A stretch of 64,000 bases of DNA from Leucoraja erinacea (lineage: Eukaryota): positions 30,814,001-30,878,000 of the forward strand of contig NC_073401.1 in assembly GCF_028641065.1 (NCBI RefSeq), read 5' to 3'. This document shows positions 25,479 through 38,597 of the stretch, piece by piece. Position 1 is the first letter of the stretch; the number at the start of each line of letters is the position of its first letter. The notes beneath the pieces are model-generated. The model did not search any database. It had not been told where the DNA came from and saw only the letters and a program-made list of their open reading frames with translations. Made by a program: the position numbers and the translations under genes.

Positions 25479-26487
25479 GTAGGTCACTTCACTCAAATTC
25501 CAAATGTAGCTTTGCTGTTGGCAGTTGTAAACTATGCTAGACTTTTCTTGGGAATTAATATTTCTTTTTTAAGTTGCTCCTATTGCGTGGTGGTAAAATC
25601 TCTGAATGTTCATGAAATCTCCTTGTGACTGGAATTGTTCTGTTTTGAATAGTATATATTGTGAATGTGAGGTGCTGCTTCCTTTTATTCGCTAAAGGAA
25701 GAATTGCCTGTTGAAATGCTATGGTAATCGGTATGAAAATATGCTGTTCAGAACTAGAAGGAAGTCTGAAAAAATAGAGATGACATTGATGGTGAAATCT
25801 GTACTCTGGGAATCAGAAATAGTAGCAAGCACTCTACCTGGTTTCCCCTCCTCCACTTTTTTTTTCCCCCACATTAATTAATTTAACCATGGTTCAATGT
25901 GCAGTTAATGAATGTGTGATGATATAAACATTTATGCAGTGAACTACAAAGAGGATAAGAATCGATTACAGCTGGGAGAATGGGTAGACAATGGCACATG
26001 AAATTTAATGCAGAGGAAATGGGCTTGATCAGGGTCCTTGTTTAGCCAAGATTTCTGTTGTTGGCAGCACTTAAAAGCATCTATGGCTGTCAAATAAAGA
26101 CCAAATGTCATTGGGTTATACTAGCCTTGCTGTTCAACACGTGATACAGAGTTTTTTCGGGTTCATATACAAACAATGTGCACAGAATTGGGCCAATAAA
26201 AGGCATTATCTCTGGTGGACTGAAGCAATGGCCAGATAATTAAGAAAGCATTATTTCAAAATTAGTTTGATATTTTTCTGGCCTTTTGAAAATATTGGCT
26301 GTCTACAATTGAGGAACTGTCTTTTGGACCAAAGTGAATCTGTTTTTATTCTTTCCATTTTACAAAAAATATATAGAAATGTGCAGCTAATTCAGTCATC
26401 TACCAAAATGAAACTTTTTTTTACAATAAGCAATTAAAATAAAAAAAATAAAAAAAATTGATTCATGGGCATTAATTTAATTTCTAG

Positions 26488-26616
26488 TTACACCTTCCAT
26501 GGAGCTGAGGCCTAATGTGGGAAGTGACCGGGCATGGGTGTGGAATGCACCTGCTGATTTTGCAGATGAAGAACCCAAACCTGAGTTGCTGGCTATCCGG
26601 TTCCTGAACAAAGAAA
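26488..26616 (+). CDS. RANBP1: RANBP1 exon 4 ([42 protein letters not shown])
   Basis: TTTCTAG acceptor, GTAAGT donor, 129 nt. Confidence 0.96.
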
Positions 26617-26739
26617 GTAAGTATTAGACTGAAAATAAATGTCTCTATATATACATTTTTGATCTTGAAGATAACAAAACTGAAATTATATACTACAAAG
26701 ATTAACATGCCATAGTGTTCCATGATATTTTGCAGAGAA

Positions 26740-28005
26740 TAGTCAAGTCGAGAGAGTTTATTGCCATGTGTCCCAGATAGGACAATGAAATTCTTGCTTG
26801 CTGCAGCACAACAGAATATTGTAAGCATAAATACAGAACAGTTTGGTGTGTCTATATAACATAGACCATATATATACACACATAAATAAACAGATAAAGT
26901 GCAATAGGCTGTTATAGTTCAGAGTTTGTTTGTTGGTGTGTTTAACAGCCTGATGGCTGTGGAACAGAAGCTGTTCCTAAACCTGGATGTACCAGATTTC
27001 AGGCGCCTGTACCTTCTACCTGATGGCAGCAGAGAGATGAGTGTGTGGCAAGGATGGTGTGGGTCCTTGATGATGTTGGCAGCCTTTTTGAGGCAGCGAC
27101 TGCGATAGATCCCTTCGATGGTGGGGAGGTCAGAGCCGATCATGGACTGGGCAGTGGTCAGAACTTTCTCAAGTCAAGTCAAGATTCTGCATTCTTTTCT
27201 GCTCCTGGACGCTCAAGTTGCCGATGCAACCAGTCAGCATGCTCTACTGTGCACCTGTAGAAGTTCGAGTGAGTCCTCTTTGACATACCGACTCTCCGTA
27301 ATCTTCTCAGGAAGTAGAGGTGCTGATGTGCTTTCTTTATAATAAGGAGTTAGATGTGGCCCTTGTGGCTAAGGGGATCAGAGGGTATGGAGAGAAGGCA
27401 GGTACGGGATACTGAGTTGGATGATCAGCCATGATCATATTGAATGGCGGTGCAGGCTCGAAGGGCCGAATGGCCTACTCCTGCACCAAATTTCTATGTT
27501 TCTATAATTGCATCAGTGTGCTGGGACCAGGAAAGATCTTCGGAAATAGGCACACCCGGGAATTTGAAGTTCTTGACCCTTTCCACCATTGTCCTGTTGA
27601 TATAAACGGGATTGTGGGTCCCTATCCTACCCCTTCCAAAGTCCACAATAATTTCCTTGGTTTTGCTGGTGTTGAGAGCCAGGTTATTGTGCTGGCATTA
27701 TTTGGTCAATCGGTCGATCTCACTTCTATACTCTGACTCGTCACCATCAGTGTTTCGTCCCACAACAGTGGTGTCGTCGGTAAACTTGATGATGGAGTTC
27801 GCACTATGTCTGGCTTCGCACTCACAAGTATAGAGTGAGTAAAGCAGGGGGCTGAGCACGCAGCCTTGAGGTGCTCCCGTGCTGATTGTTATCGAGGATG
27901 ACACATTTCCACCAATACGGACAGACTGGTCTGTGGATGAGGATGTCAAGGATCCAATTGCAGAGGGATGCGCAGAGACCCAGATCTGAGAGCTTGGTAA
28001 CCAGT
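26740..28005 (-). mobile_element. Rex1/Babar-type LINE, 5'-truncated, with a nested CR1 3' tail at ~27346-27505
   Basis: RT motifs TGAPQGCVLSPLLYSLYT and KFTDDTTVVG; C-terminus IIKDPHHP...LLPSGRRYR...RFRNSF..TAIRLLN. Confidence 0.85.
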
Positions 28006-28777
28006 AGTATTGCCAGCTATTTGTTCTGTACCTTTTCCTACCTCTAGTTTCCCTTTCCCCTGACTCTCAGTCTGAAGCAGGGTCTCGTCCTGAATCGTCA
28101 ACTGTTCCTTTTCTCCAGAGATGCTGCCTGACCCGCTGAGTTACTCAAGAATCGAGAGTTTTATTGTCATGTGTCCCAGACGGGACAATGACATTCTTAC
28201 TTGCTGCAGCACAACAGAATATGTGAACATAATACAGAACGGGAGATAAAAATTCAGTGTGTCTATAGACCATATATACACAATAAATAAACAGATAAAG
28301 TGCAATAGTAATTTTTGTAGTAATAATTCCAACATTTATAATTCCAACACCAACAAATAATAGTAAGAATTCCAACATCTTATCTTCTGGAAAACTCATT
28401 TGACTTGACAAATCCTACATGTCAGTGAGCAGTGGAATTTAAGTTCAGTTAATAGTGAGAATTTTAATGTCCAGTCATAGATAATGATGCCACAATGGTC
28501 TGCCTCTGGCCCCTCACCTGATTTGGCTTTATGTGGCCCCAGACGCGTGATGGTATATAGGATTGGTGTCTGACCCCCTGAAATTCCATGCAGAGCAGCT
28601 CAATTCAAAAGCAGTTTGAGATGAGTGACAAATAATGCAGGTTAGTGCTGCCCAGATCCTTAAAAATAGACAAATTGTTGAGGGAGGGTGTGGGGGTAAG
28701 GAGAAGCAACATTTAAAAAAAAAAAACAATAGTGCCTGGAACACAACTATCCACTCGGGTGTAGGAAGATGCCTTAT

Positions 28778-29194
28778 CAGGAACCACAGTATTGCGTACA
28801 GTTTTGGTCTCCAAATCTGAGGAAGGACATTATTGCCATAGAGGGAGTGCAGAGAAAGTTCACCAGACTGATTCCTGGGATGTCAGGACTTTCTTATGAA
28901 GAAAGACTGGATAGACTCGGATTGTACACGCTAGAATTGAGGAGATTGAGGGGGGATCTTATAGAAACGTACAAAATTCTTAAGGGATTGGACAGGCTAG
29001 ATGCAGGAAGATTGTTCCCGATGTTGGGGAAGTCCAGGACAAGGGGTCACAGCTTAAGGATAGAGGGGAAATCCTTTAGAACCGAGATGACAAAAACATT
29101 TTTCACGCAGAGAGTGGTGAATCTCTGGAACTCTCTGCCACAGAAGGTAGTTGAGGCCAGTTCATTGGCTATATTTAGGAAGGAGTTAGATGTG
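28778..29194 (+). mobile_element. CR1-type LINE 3' fragment
   Basis: Open segment YCVQFWSPNLRKDI...GLSYEERLDRLGLYTLE...FTQRVVNLWNSLP. Confidence 0.9.
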
Positions 29195-29699
29195 AGCCTT
29201 TGCAATGCGGGAGGTAACCTTAACCCTAACTCTAGATTGATAGACTTGGTATTTATAAATTGTCCCTAGCGTGTGTGGGATAGTGTGCGGGGGATCGCTG
29301 GTCGGTGCGGACTCGGTGGGCCGAAGAGCACTGTATCTCTGAACTAAATATGACACGGGCCCCAGGGGTTGGACTCGAACCCCCAATATTCTGCATGGGA
29401 ACTAAACTGTTGGTCGCGAGTTGTCACAGAGGCAGATCTCTCTTCCAATGGTTACCAAATCCCCAGAGGCAGTGGGCTTTTCAACTGGGGACAGGCAATG
29501 TTGTCAATGTACCCGTGCCACCCACCTGCTCCGGCCACTGAGTAAATACCCACCACCCATTTTGAAGCAAGGTGGGGGAGTTGGGGGTGTTGTTCCCAAA
29601 GTCTGCATTTATCCCATAGTCAATGTTACTAAAACAGATGATGTGGAGTAGACTTTGTGCAGTACTATTAGTGGGATCTAGCTGTCGCAGGCTGGGTCC

Positions 29700-29895
29700 T
29701 CAAATGGGGGGCGTCGGGGAAAGTGGGAGGGGGGAATGGGGGGTTGGAAAATGGGAGAAGAGAGAGAGAGAGAGAAATGGGATGTGAGGAGGGGGGGGGG
29801 GGGAAGAGTGGAGCGAGGAGGAGGAAGGGGGGAGGGAGGGGGGGGAGGGAGTGGAGAAGGGTAGGGGGGAGTGGATAAGGAGGTAGAGGGGAGTT
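29700..29895 (+). repeat. Polypurine G/A-rich low-complexity tract
   Basis: About 190 nt of mostly G and A, with (GA)n and G-runs. Confidence 0.85.
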
Positions 29896-32264
29896 CAGTC
29901 TACACTCACTGAATCCATCCCTGTGAAAAGTTAGAGATGGTGATTTGGATCTAGAAGCAGACCAATACAAAATAGAATTGAACGATTCAGACATCTTTTC
30001 ATTTAAACAATTGATTTTGTTGTATTAATTTTGATATTAATGTTTAAAATCCATGCAATGAAGGAAGAATATTTTACAGCCCATCTGTGGTCCCTAACCC
30101 CCAACCCTAACTCTAACTGGGCATCACCCGCAGGACAGCGTGTGACAGGGCGCACGACATGATCAGACACCTAAATGTCGCCCCTGGATTTTAAACAGTC
30201 AAAAACATGCAAAAAAAAAAGGAAATGTTGTTAGCCATTTGCTAGGTGGGAACGAGTAGTGACAATGAGACTCAAGACAAATTTGAAGTTGGTGTGACTT
30301 GGGTGGGGGAGGGATGGAGAGAGAGGGAATCCAGGGGTTACTTGAAGTTGGAGAAATCAATCATCATACCTCTGGGTTGTAAGCTGCCTCAGCGAATGCT
30401 GTTCCCCCAATTTGTGTTTAGCCTCACTGACAATGGAGGAGACCGAGGACAGAAAGGTCAGTGTGGGAATGGGAAGGGGAAAAAGTGTTTGGCACTTTAT
30501 AGGTGTTGTTATGTAACGTTGCATCTGAACAAATATATTCCTGAAGTGTTATGCTTCACCTGTATGTGACACAACATTTGATGATTTTTGTATTTAGTTT
30601 GTCATTTTTATAAATCTCGGTGCCAAGTCCTTTCTTGAAAGTAGAATATTGCGGAGCAGGAACGAGCCCTTTGATCCACATTGTCCCTGCTGATCACGCT
30701 GCCCACTAATCTCCTATGCTGACATGTGATTCCTGTCCCTCTATTCCCTGCATATCCATGTTCCTATCTACAGACCTCCCAAATGCCCTTGAGTTTAGGC
30801 TATTTTAGTTTACCATTCTTGGTTAGAACATCAGGATCGAAAATGATTTACTTCTACTGCAATTGTTGAGGACAATTGAAAATCGTACTCTTCCACGGAT
30901 GTGGTGGGTGAGTCGATTGAGATGATGCAGTGTTGCCATTTACTCTTTTAAGCTTGCATTGAAAAACAAAAACAATGCATTGGATTGTCATAAAGTCACA
31001 ACTGGTTTGCTGATTAAAGGCATGTCATTTTTCAATGAAGCTTCATATGAAAGGCATTACAATTAAAAATAAATTATGTGTAGTTGCCCCTTAAACGTTT
31101 TGGAGGAGCGTTCAAGCCCAGTAGGTTCAGGTTGCAGTGGTTGATTGTAATATTGATGTTAATAGATCTGGAAATGTTTCGGTTTACATTGAAAAACAGA
31201 AACAATGGGTTGGATTGTCATAAAGGCACAACTTGTTCACTAATTCCCTTGTGGTAGGGAACTTGTTCTGGCCTGGTTTGACCAATGTAATTCCAATGCC
31301 ATCATCTATAATTGACTGGTAATAAACGTTGGGTGAAAATAAAGTGTGGATATCACATAGGCAAGCTCTACCATTTTAAGGAGTCTGTCAAAAAGGGCAT
31401 AATTTGCATTCATGGCAATTTTAAAGTTGCTTATTTTAGTATGCGATCTGCTAAATGTTGGGCAGAAACCTGTGTTTACCTACATGTTACAAAAATATAA
31501 AGATTAACTTAATGTAAAATTTCACCAAGCGGGTGGCAATTCGAGAAACATAAGAAAACTTCAACTCTCAAGTCTTAATCAACTCCAAATTTACACGATG
31601 GGAGGCAAATCCATTGGGCACCTAAATCTTTTCACACCTATCTGATTGTAGCAGTTGTATCAGTGTGCCTGTAATTAAGTTTTGGGGGGGGGGCTGTATC
31701 CAAAAGCCTGAATATATGTAAATACTGTGATCAGTTTCACTGGTACAAACTGACAACTCAAAAGACAATTCATCCACTGTTGGCATCAGAGTGTGATATA
31801 AAATAGCCAATTCTTCTGGGTAATTTCTCATAGATCTGGAGATTTCCTTTCAGATTCGTAATGATATTTTAAAAGGCTTTGACTTGCCTTGTTTCACTTA
31901 TTCCTGAACCTCCAGCCTATAAAACAGACTTGGTCTTCGATCACAAGTGCATTGTGACATGAGAAAGATGAATTACTTTAAGATGGTTATGCTATCACAA
32001 CCTTTCCAACCACTTGCCAAAATCCATGGAATTAAATTTGGATACTGTCTGAATGAAATGGTAGTGGTCCAATAGAAATCTTTTTTTTAAACACACACTG
32101 GAGTAACTCGTGTTTCCAAAAAGTTTACTCAGAATAGTGAAATGCTGCACTTAGACTAGTCTTTATATTTGTGATGTATGCTGAATATTAAATTGATCAC
32201 TTACTGAATGCATTTAAAACGTTTCTGATGTTTATGAATAACGACACTGTTTTTCACTTGTTAG

Positions 32265-32321
32265 ATGCACAGAAGTTTAAGGCGAAGTTTGAAGAATGCA
32301 AAGGGAAGATGAAACTAAACG
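32265..32321 (+). CDS. RANBP1: RANBP1 exon 5 (NAQKFKAKFEECKGKMKLN)
   Basis: TTAG acceptor, G|GTAAAA donor, 57 nt. Confidence 0.92.
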
Positions 32322-33611
32322 GTAAAATAACTTTTAAAACAGACACAACATATTTAAACAGGTGCAAATAGTGAATATCCAGTTGGAATAATCACTGACA
32401 ACATTGAAAAGTTTGCATTTAAATTGAACCGTCCCATAAAAAAACGAATGATTGTAGTAGATTTGCTGGGAAGTTGTGATTTATTGTGTCATTTATGTGT
32501 GTGAATGCAGAGTTGGGCCAAGACTGCAAGGTGCTTTACCACTGTGTGTGTGTTGTGTTGTGAATTATACCACCTTGGAATGATCTGAGATGCAAAATAA
32601 AAATACAGAAAATAAGACTCTAAAATAAAAACAGAAAATCCTCGAAATACCCAGCAGATCAGGTGGCATCAGTGGCAAGAGAAACATTAAGGTTGTCAGT
32701 CATTAGCATTTCATCTGATTGAAACCGCCACAATTTTCCATGACTGGTCAGGAATCTACTAACAGTTATTACTCATTGTTTTAATCATTCAGGAAATTGT
32801 GTTAATAGAAACATTTTAATCTGAAAGATGAAGTCGGTTATAAAAAACGTTGATTGAAGACTGTTACTGAATTGACAGAACTGCATACACGGATATTCAA
32901 TTTGCTGGGATTTACTGTTATAAATATATTCAGATACAACAATTCAAAGACAACAGGACATGAGAGAAGCATTTTATTGGCTACTTCACAATTTTGACTT
33001 TTTATTTGATGCAGTTTTGTAATCTATAGTTTGCAGTTTGTTTTGGTGGGGGTGATTTATTTTCTTCCTTTCCTCCCCATCCCCATGTTACTCTTGTAAA
33101 TTTAAAGGTGAAGGAAAATGATCTTGAAACAATTTGGGCAATTAATTGCTGGCTCAGTCTATGAAGACCACGTCCCTTTTAATGATCTTTTTTAAGCTTG
33201 TGGTAGAAAATCTGCTGCTTTACCTCGTGGAACAGTGGTTGTTCACTATATTCATGATCGAGATCAAGAATGTTGGGCAATAAAGGGACCTGGAAGGTGG
33301 GAATATTTCGAGATCAGGATATTGTATGGTGAAACACCTTGTGAATGAATCTGGTCAACTTCTCTTATATGTATGTTGCTAGTGAAATTTTATTGTCTCC
33401 ATTAAAATGGTCAGAATATTCAAAAATGCTTTGCAGCCAGGACTGACTTTTGAAAAGTAGGTACCATTAGATGAACAAATGTGGCCAAAAGGTGTAAAGC
33501 TGAGATGATTGACCTTGTCTGTTTTGTTTGCCTTGTCTAGTTACGTAAAGGAATCTTAATTATTATAAGAATGACCATTGACGCCCATTTTCAATATCTG
33601 TTTCCTCTTAG

Positions 33612-33754
33612 AAGATGATGATGATGAGGAAAATCCAGATAAGGTTGCTGAAAAGCTAGAGGAATTGTCTGTAAAGGAGGATAAGAAAGAATCCGCCAAA
33701 GAGGAAGAATGTGAGAAGAAAGAAGTGACCAGTGAAAAAACTGCCGAGAATTAA
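33612..33754 (+). CDS. RANBP1: RANBP1 exon 6 (EDDDDEENPDKVAEKLEELSVKED...TAEN*), contains NES
   Basis: TTTCCTCTTAG acceptor (NAGNAG), TAA at 33752-33754. Confidence 0.92.
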
Positions 33755-34140
33755 GTAATCCTGGTCCCCGTTTCCCTTTCCTTTTTTTACAGCAGACTGT
33801 AATGAACTGGGTGTGGGCACGGATGAGCTCTTCCAGGCTCTTGCCCTGCGATCCCAAATTGGTTATGAAGATACAGTACCTTCACAGAATGTCATTCCTC
33901 AGTCATCAGCCACCATAAATGTGCTAGTGTATTCCTTGGTGAAAATTCTAGGAGTGTTAACTACTGCCTTATCTATTTACAGTCTTCTGAGAGATAATTT
34001 AAATCTATTGCTTTAATTTCTCAAAATTGGTGAATATAACATTGCTTTACAGTGTATGACTGACTTTTTAAAAAAAACTGTTTTGTGAATGAGACTTAAT
34101 GTCAGAATTCCCACATTGGGTAGCAGATGGTTTATAACCA

Positions 34141-34146
34141 AATAAA
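34141..34146 (+). terminator. RANBP1 candidate poly(A) signal (distal alternative at 34974-34979)
   Basis: AATAAA ~390 nt after the stop codon, followed by a U-rich stretch. Confidence 0.6.
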
Positions 34147-37100
34147 ATTCAGTTAAGTTGTACATGGAAAAAGAAAAACTCTTAGGTTTTTTTTATTATA
34201 ACTTTTGCCCTTCAATGGTTCTGGGCCAAATATGACACAAATGCTGGAAGATTACATTTAAGATTTTTTTAAATTTTTACTCGTTTTTTTTTTTCTCCCC
34301 CCTTCCCCCCCCGTCTAAATTGGTAACTGACAGATTACATAATAGAAAGATTAGTGGCAAGTTCATTGCAGGTTTGGTTAAAGATTTATCTTGACAACTG
34401 TTAGACTGCAAAAAGGAGAAACAGGTAGAGATTTCTGGTGTAATTTAACCAGGTTTGGTCTATGTCGTGCAGCAGGAGATTGGTGTAGTGTCAATGCCCT
34501 CCGGCTGGAACAGTTCTTGCCCCAGTGGCACCCCTTAGTAAACCGATACTGGTCCCAATACATTGCTATCAGATCGTGAACTGACACCAAATATTGTCTG
34601 ATGGTACTACTATAATGCACGACTAATGCATGTAAAGAGGGAGTGGTGCTGATGGTTTCACAATGGATTTCTTTGATTTTCCTGCTGGCTCCAGCTTTGC
34701 TGTTGACACACGGCATTATCTGTAGCGGTCACCATACAATTGGCTTGCACGACATCAGTTATACAGGCTTTACCTACAGAAAAGATTGATCAGCATGAAA
34801 GCTAGAACCTGTTCTGATAAAGTTCGCGTTTGCATTTGCTTGCCCTGGACCACATTTGTGTATAATCTTTTTTTTCTGTTGGAATGAACAAACCATCTTG
34901 ATCTACTGTTTTGTAATGGGGGAAACTTATAAATGAAACTGTTGAGAATTGCTACATTCGTTAGGAAATTTGCAATAAAGGTTTTTGCAAACAGCATGCA
35001 GTGCAAAGAAGGTACTTGTAGGGTGTTTGAATTGATTTGCTTTATTTTTCTGTTTGCTTCCACCATCAGGCTACATTTGCATTAAGAACGTTTCCCATTG
35101 TACATAAGTGCAGCAAGATAGGTCTCAGCAGTTTATCTGAACATTCAAAACTCTTGTAGAAACCAGGAACTCAGCAGGTCAGGCAGTATCTGGAGAACAT
35201 GGATAGGTGATGTTTTGGGTTGGGACCTTTCTTCAGACTGATCTGACATCAAAACCTGAAATGTCGCCTATCTATGTTCTTCATTTAAAACTCATTATTT
35301 GGTTATTTTAGTATTGTGCGATGCACCATCACTGTCAGGTGTAGGATTTGATACAGAACTAAGTCTTGGCTTCATTAGGAGGAAGGGTTCTGTATTATTG
35401 ACTGTGACTTTGATTCCATGCTCATAGTTACTGTTGGCAGGACTGGTGAATACTGCAGATGCTGGAATTTCGAGCAAAAGGCACAAAACGCTAAAGGAAC
35501 TCAGTGGGCCAGGCAGCATCCCTAAAAAATATAGATCGGTGATGTTGTGTGTCAGATCTGAATAATGGCCCTGACCCAAAACATCACATATCCATGTTCT
35601 CCAAGGATGCTGCCAGACCTGCTAAGTTACTCCAACACTTTCTCTTTTCTTTCATTCATTGTATTTGTGTGCTGGCTGCATTCAACTGCTGAATTTGACC
35701 TGCCTTGGGGGATATGGGCAGAAGGCAGGAACAGGGTACTGATTGGGGATGATCAGCCATGATTACATTGAATGGCGGTGCTGGCTCGAACGGGCTGAGT
35801 GGCCTACTCCTGCACCTAATGTCTATCGCCTTTGTTCTGCCCTATGAATATAGAACTAGATCTTGTTAATGAACAGATCAGTCCGTAAGTTCAGGACACT
35901 TAAAAATATTTTGTGAATATTGGCATTATGTTCTGTGCATAAAGGGCCTACTTTTATGTACCTTTATGTTTTATGAATCTTGATAGTTGGTTTAAGTTGC
36001 TACACCGTTGTGCACATCGCTTGCCATTTACCTCCCAAAAATGTTGTTGAATTGCGTGATAATTTATCAAAGGCAGAAGTAAAATGTGTGGAAATAGCTT
36101 TTTAATTATTTGTTTTTAACTGCAGCACATAAGTAAACGGTACAAACTCTCTCATTTCTACACATAAGAAAATGCCAGTTATTTTAAATGTCCATGCTTT
36201 TCTCAAATCATTCTTTTATCTATCTGATTTTACTTTTCATTTTCTTTGTTTTTAATTCTCAGCACGTCCCATTGCCCAGTAAAATGCAAGTTGCTTTTGT
36301 TATGCAATTAGTACGTGGCACTATTCACAACACGTTGTAGTTCAGGGGTGAGGAGGTGCAGAAGTAAAGAATGGCCAGCAGTGTGTGTTGTGATAGCAAT
36401 AGTGTAAGAAATGCTTGCAATCATTTTAATTTTATCTGGTCCAGGGTTGCCTTGTTGCACTTTTTACACGCCTTGTAATTTAGTATTTCAGCACCAGAGG
36501 GAGCAAGAGGCTTCGTTTTCTATTGCACTAGACATTCCACTGCAATAACCTGTGTTGCCAGTGCTAGTATGGAGATAGAATCTGTCTTTGTTAGCTTAGT
36601 GTAGATGCAAGGAACTGCAGATGCTAGTTTACAAAAATGGATACAAAGTGTTGGAGTAACTTAGTGGGTTGGGCAGTGTCTGGAGGGAAGGAATGGGAAA
36701 TATTTCACTGAAGAATTTCCTGACCTAAAGTGTCACCTATCCATGTTCTCCAGAGATGTTGCCTGATCTGTTGAGTAACTCCAGCACTTTGTGTCTTTTT
36801 TTCAACAACTTAATATTTGTTGCACTGCCACCATGAGTTGATGGCAGTGGAGTGAGGGGTTGCAAGACCTGAGTGTAAATGAGAATGAAATTTGCTGCCT
36901 AGCCTTGTTAGGTGCAAAATGACATATAGTAGACAAGGAAATTAAAGTGAAAAGTTAAGATGAGACATTTTTAAACTCCATAAGAACCATGTTGAGACTT
37001 CAGAGTTTAAATATATTAAGGTAATGACTGACATTATACTGACAATTGCCATTCACTCCTGAATTGTTACTACTGTATAAGTATCGAGCAAAGTGAATCT

Positions 37101-37817
37101 AGCCCACTCACTATGGTACACCCTTGTTACAGAGCTTCAAAGACTTACCATCGAACGTTGCCATTTGTTTCCTACCTTCAAACTACTTTTGCATCTAATT
37201 GGCTAACTTGTCCTAGATCCTATGTGATCTGATCTTGCAGGTACAATCACATTGTTTAAGAAACATTTAGACAGATGCATGTATAGATATGTTTAGAGGG
37301 ATAAGGGCCAAAGGCAGGTGGGACTACTGTAGATGGTACATGTTTTGATCAGTGTGCGCAAGTTGCATCCAAGGGCCTGTTTCCACGCTGCACGACTATA
37401 GCTCTATGACCGGCCTACCATGCGTAACCTTGTCAAAGGCCTCGCTGAAGTCCACTAAGCCAACGTATACCGCACCACCCTCATCAATTTTCTTGGTCAT
37501 CTCTTCAAAAAACATGGTCACCAATTAATCCAGTAAGGAATGTGTGAGAAACGGCGAGTACAGTGAATGGTTGAAATGTGAAACTCCCAGTGACGTGAGA
37601 TGAATATTGGGTTATGGTCATACAGCACGGAAACAGTTCCCTTCGGCCCAACTTGCCCCTGCCGACCAAGATGACTCATCTACGCTAGTCCCACCTGCCT
37701 GTATTTGGCTTGTTTACCTCAACCTTTCCTATTCATTTTCCCTTCCAAATGTTATAGTACCTGCCTCATCGACCTCCTTTCGCAGTTCATTCCATGTACC
37801 CACCACCCTCTGAAAAG

Positions 37818-38597
37818 TTTAAGAAAGAACTGCAGTTGCTGGAAAAATCGAACGTAGACAAACAAGCTGGAGAAACTCAGCGGGTGAGGCAGCATCTATG
37901 GAGCGAAGGAATAGGCGATATTTCGGGCCGAGACCCTTCTTCAGACTTCTGCTTTCCGCAGAGACCGTTCCCTCCGTAACTCCCTGGTCAATTCGTCCCT
38001 TCTCACCCAAACCACCCCCTCCCCTGGTACTTTCCCTCGCAACCGCAGGAAATGCTACACTTGTCGTGTTGCCTCCCCCTCAACTCCATCCAAGGACCTA
38101 AACAATCTTTCCAGGCGAGGCAGAGGTTCACCTGCACCTCCTCCAACCTCATCTACTGCATCCGCTCTACATCGGTGAGACCAAGCGCAGGCTTGGCAAT
38201 CGCTTCGTCCAACAACTCCGCTCGGTTCGCAATATCCAACCTGACCTCCTGGTGGCTAAGCACTTCAACTCCCCCTCCATTTCCGAATCCGACCTTTCTG
38301 TCCTGGGCCTCCTCCATGGCCAGAGTGAGGCCCACTGCAAATTGGAGGAACAGCACCTCATATTTTGTTTACATCCCAGTGGTAGGAACATTGACTTCTC
38401 CAATTTCAGGTAGTCCTTGCTTTCTCCCTCCTTCCCCTCCCCAGCTCTCCCACAGCCTACTGTCTCCCCCTCTTCCTTTCTTTTTCTTGCTCCCCGACAT
38501 CAGTCTGAAGAAGGGTCTCGACCTGAAACGTCGCCTATTCCTTCGCTGCATAAATGCTGCCTCACCTGCTGAGTTTCTCCAGCTTTTTTGTCTACCC
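37818..38597 (+). mobile_element. Penelope-like element (Neptune-type), 5'-truncated: inverted pLTR, GIY-YIG endonuclease remnant, direct pLTR
   Basis: Frameshifted translation AFRRDRSLRNSLV...NRRKCYTC...FTCTSSNLIYCIR..LYIGETKRRLGNRF...HFNS...EEQHLIF. 37818-37947 is an inverted copy of the terminal repeat at ~38500-38597. Confidence 0.88.
38501..38536 (+). ncRNA. Minimal type I hammerhead-ribozyme motif in the Penelope pLTR
   Basis: CUGAAGA at 38505-38511, stem II GGGU/CUCG/ACCU, GAAAC at 38525-38529, GUC at 38530-38532. Stem III is reduced to palindromic ACGU and stem I is weak. Activity untested. Confidence 0.6.

Larger units (their letters stand above)
20247..33754 (+). other. RANBP1: RANBP1 gene span, Ran-specific GTPase-activating protein / Ran-binding protein 1, 6 coding exons, 639 nt CDS, 212 aa
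   Basis: Exons 20247-20261, 23509-23645, 25321-25478, 26488-26616, 32265-32321 and 33612-33754 splice in frame. RanBD motif [10 protein letters not shown] and C-terminal NES KVAEKLEELSV present. Confidence 0.96.

Noticed and set aside
29214-30118. Short (CCCTAA)-like runs at ~29216-29232 and ~30092-30117 as interstitial telomere
   Set aside because: Only 2-4 degenerate units; more likely parts of decayed repeats.
32645-32700. Possible H/ACA snoRNA (SNORA77-like AGAGAAACATT) in RANBP1 intron 5
   Set aside because: The surrounding sequence matches a degenerate Penelope pLTR arm, and no two-hairpin/ACA structure was seen.
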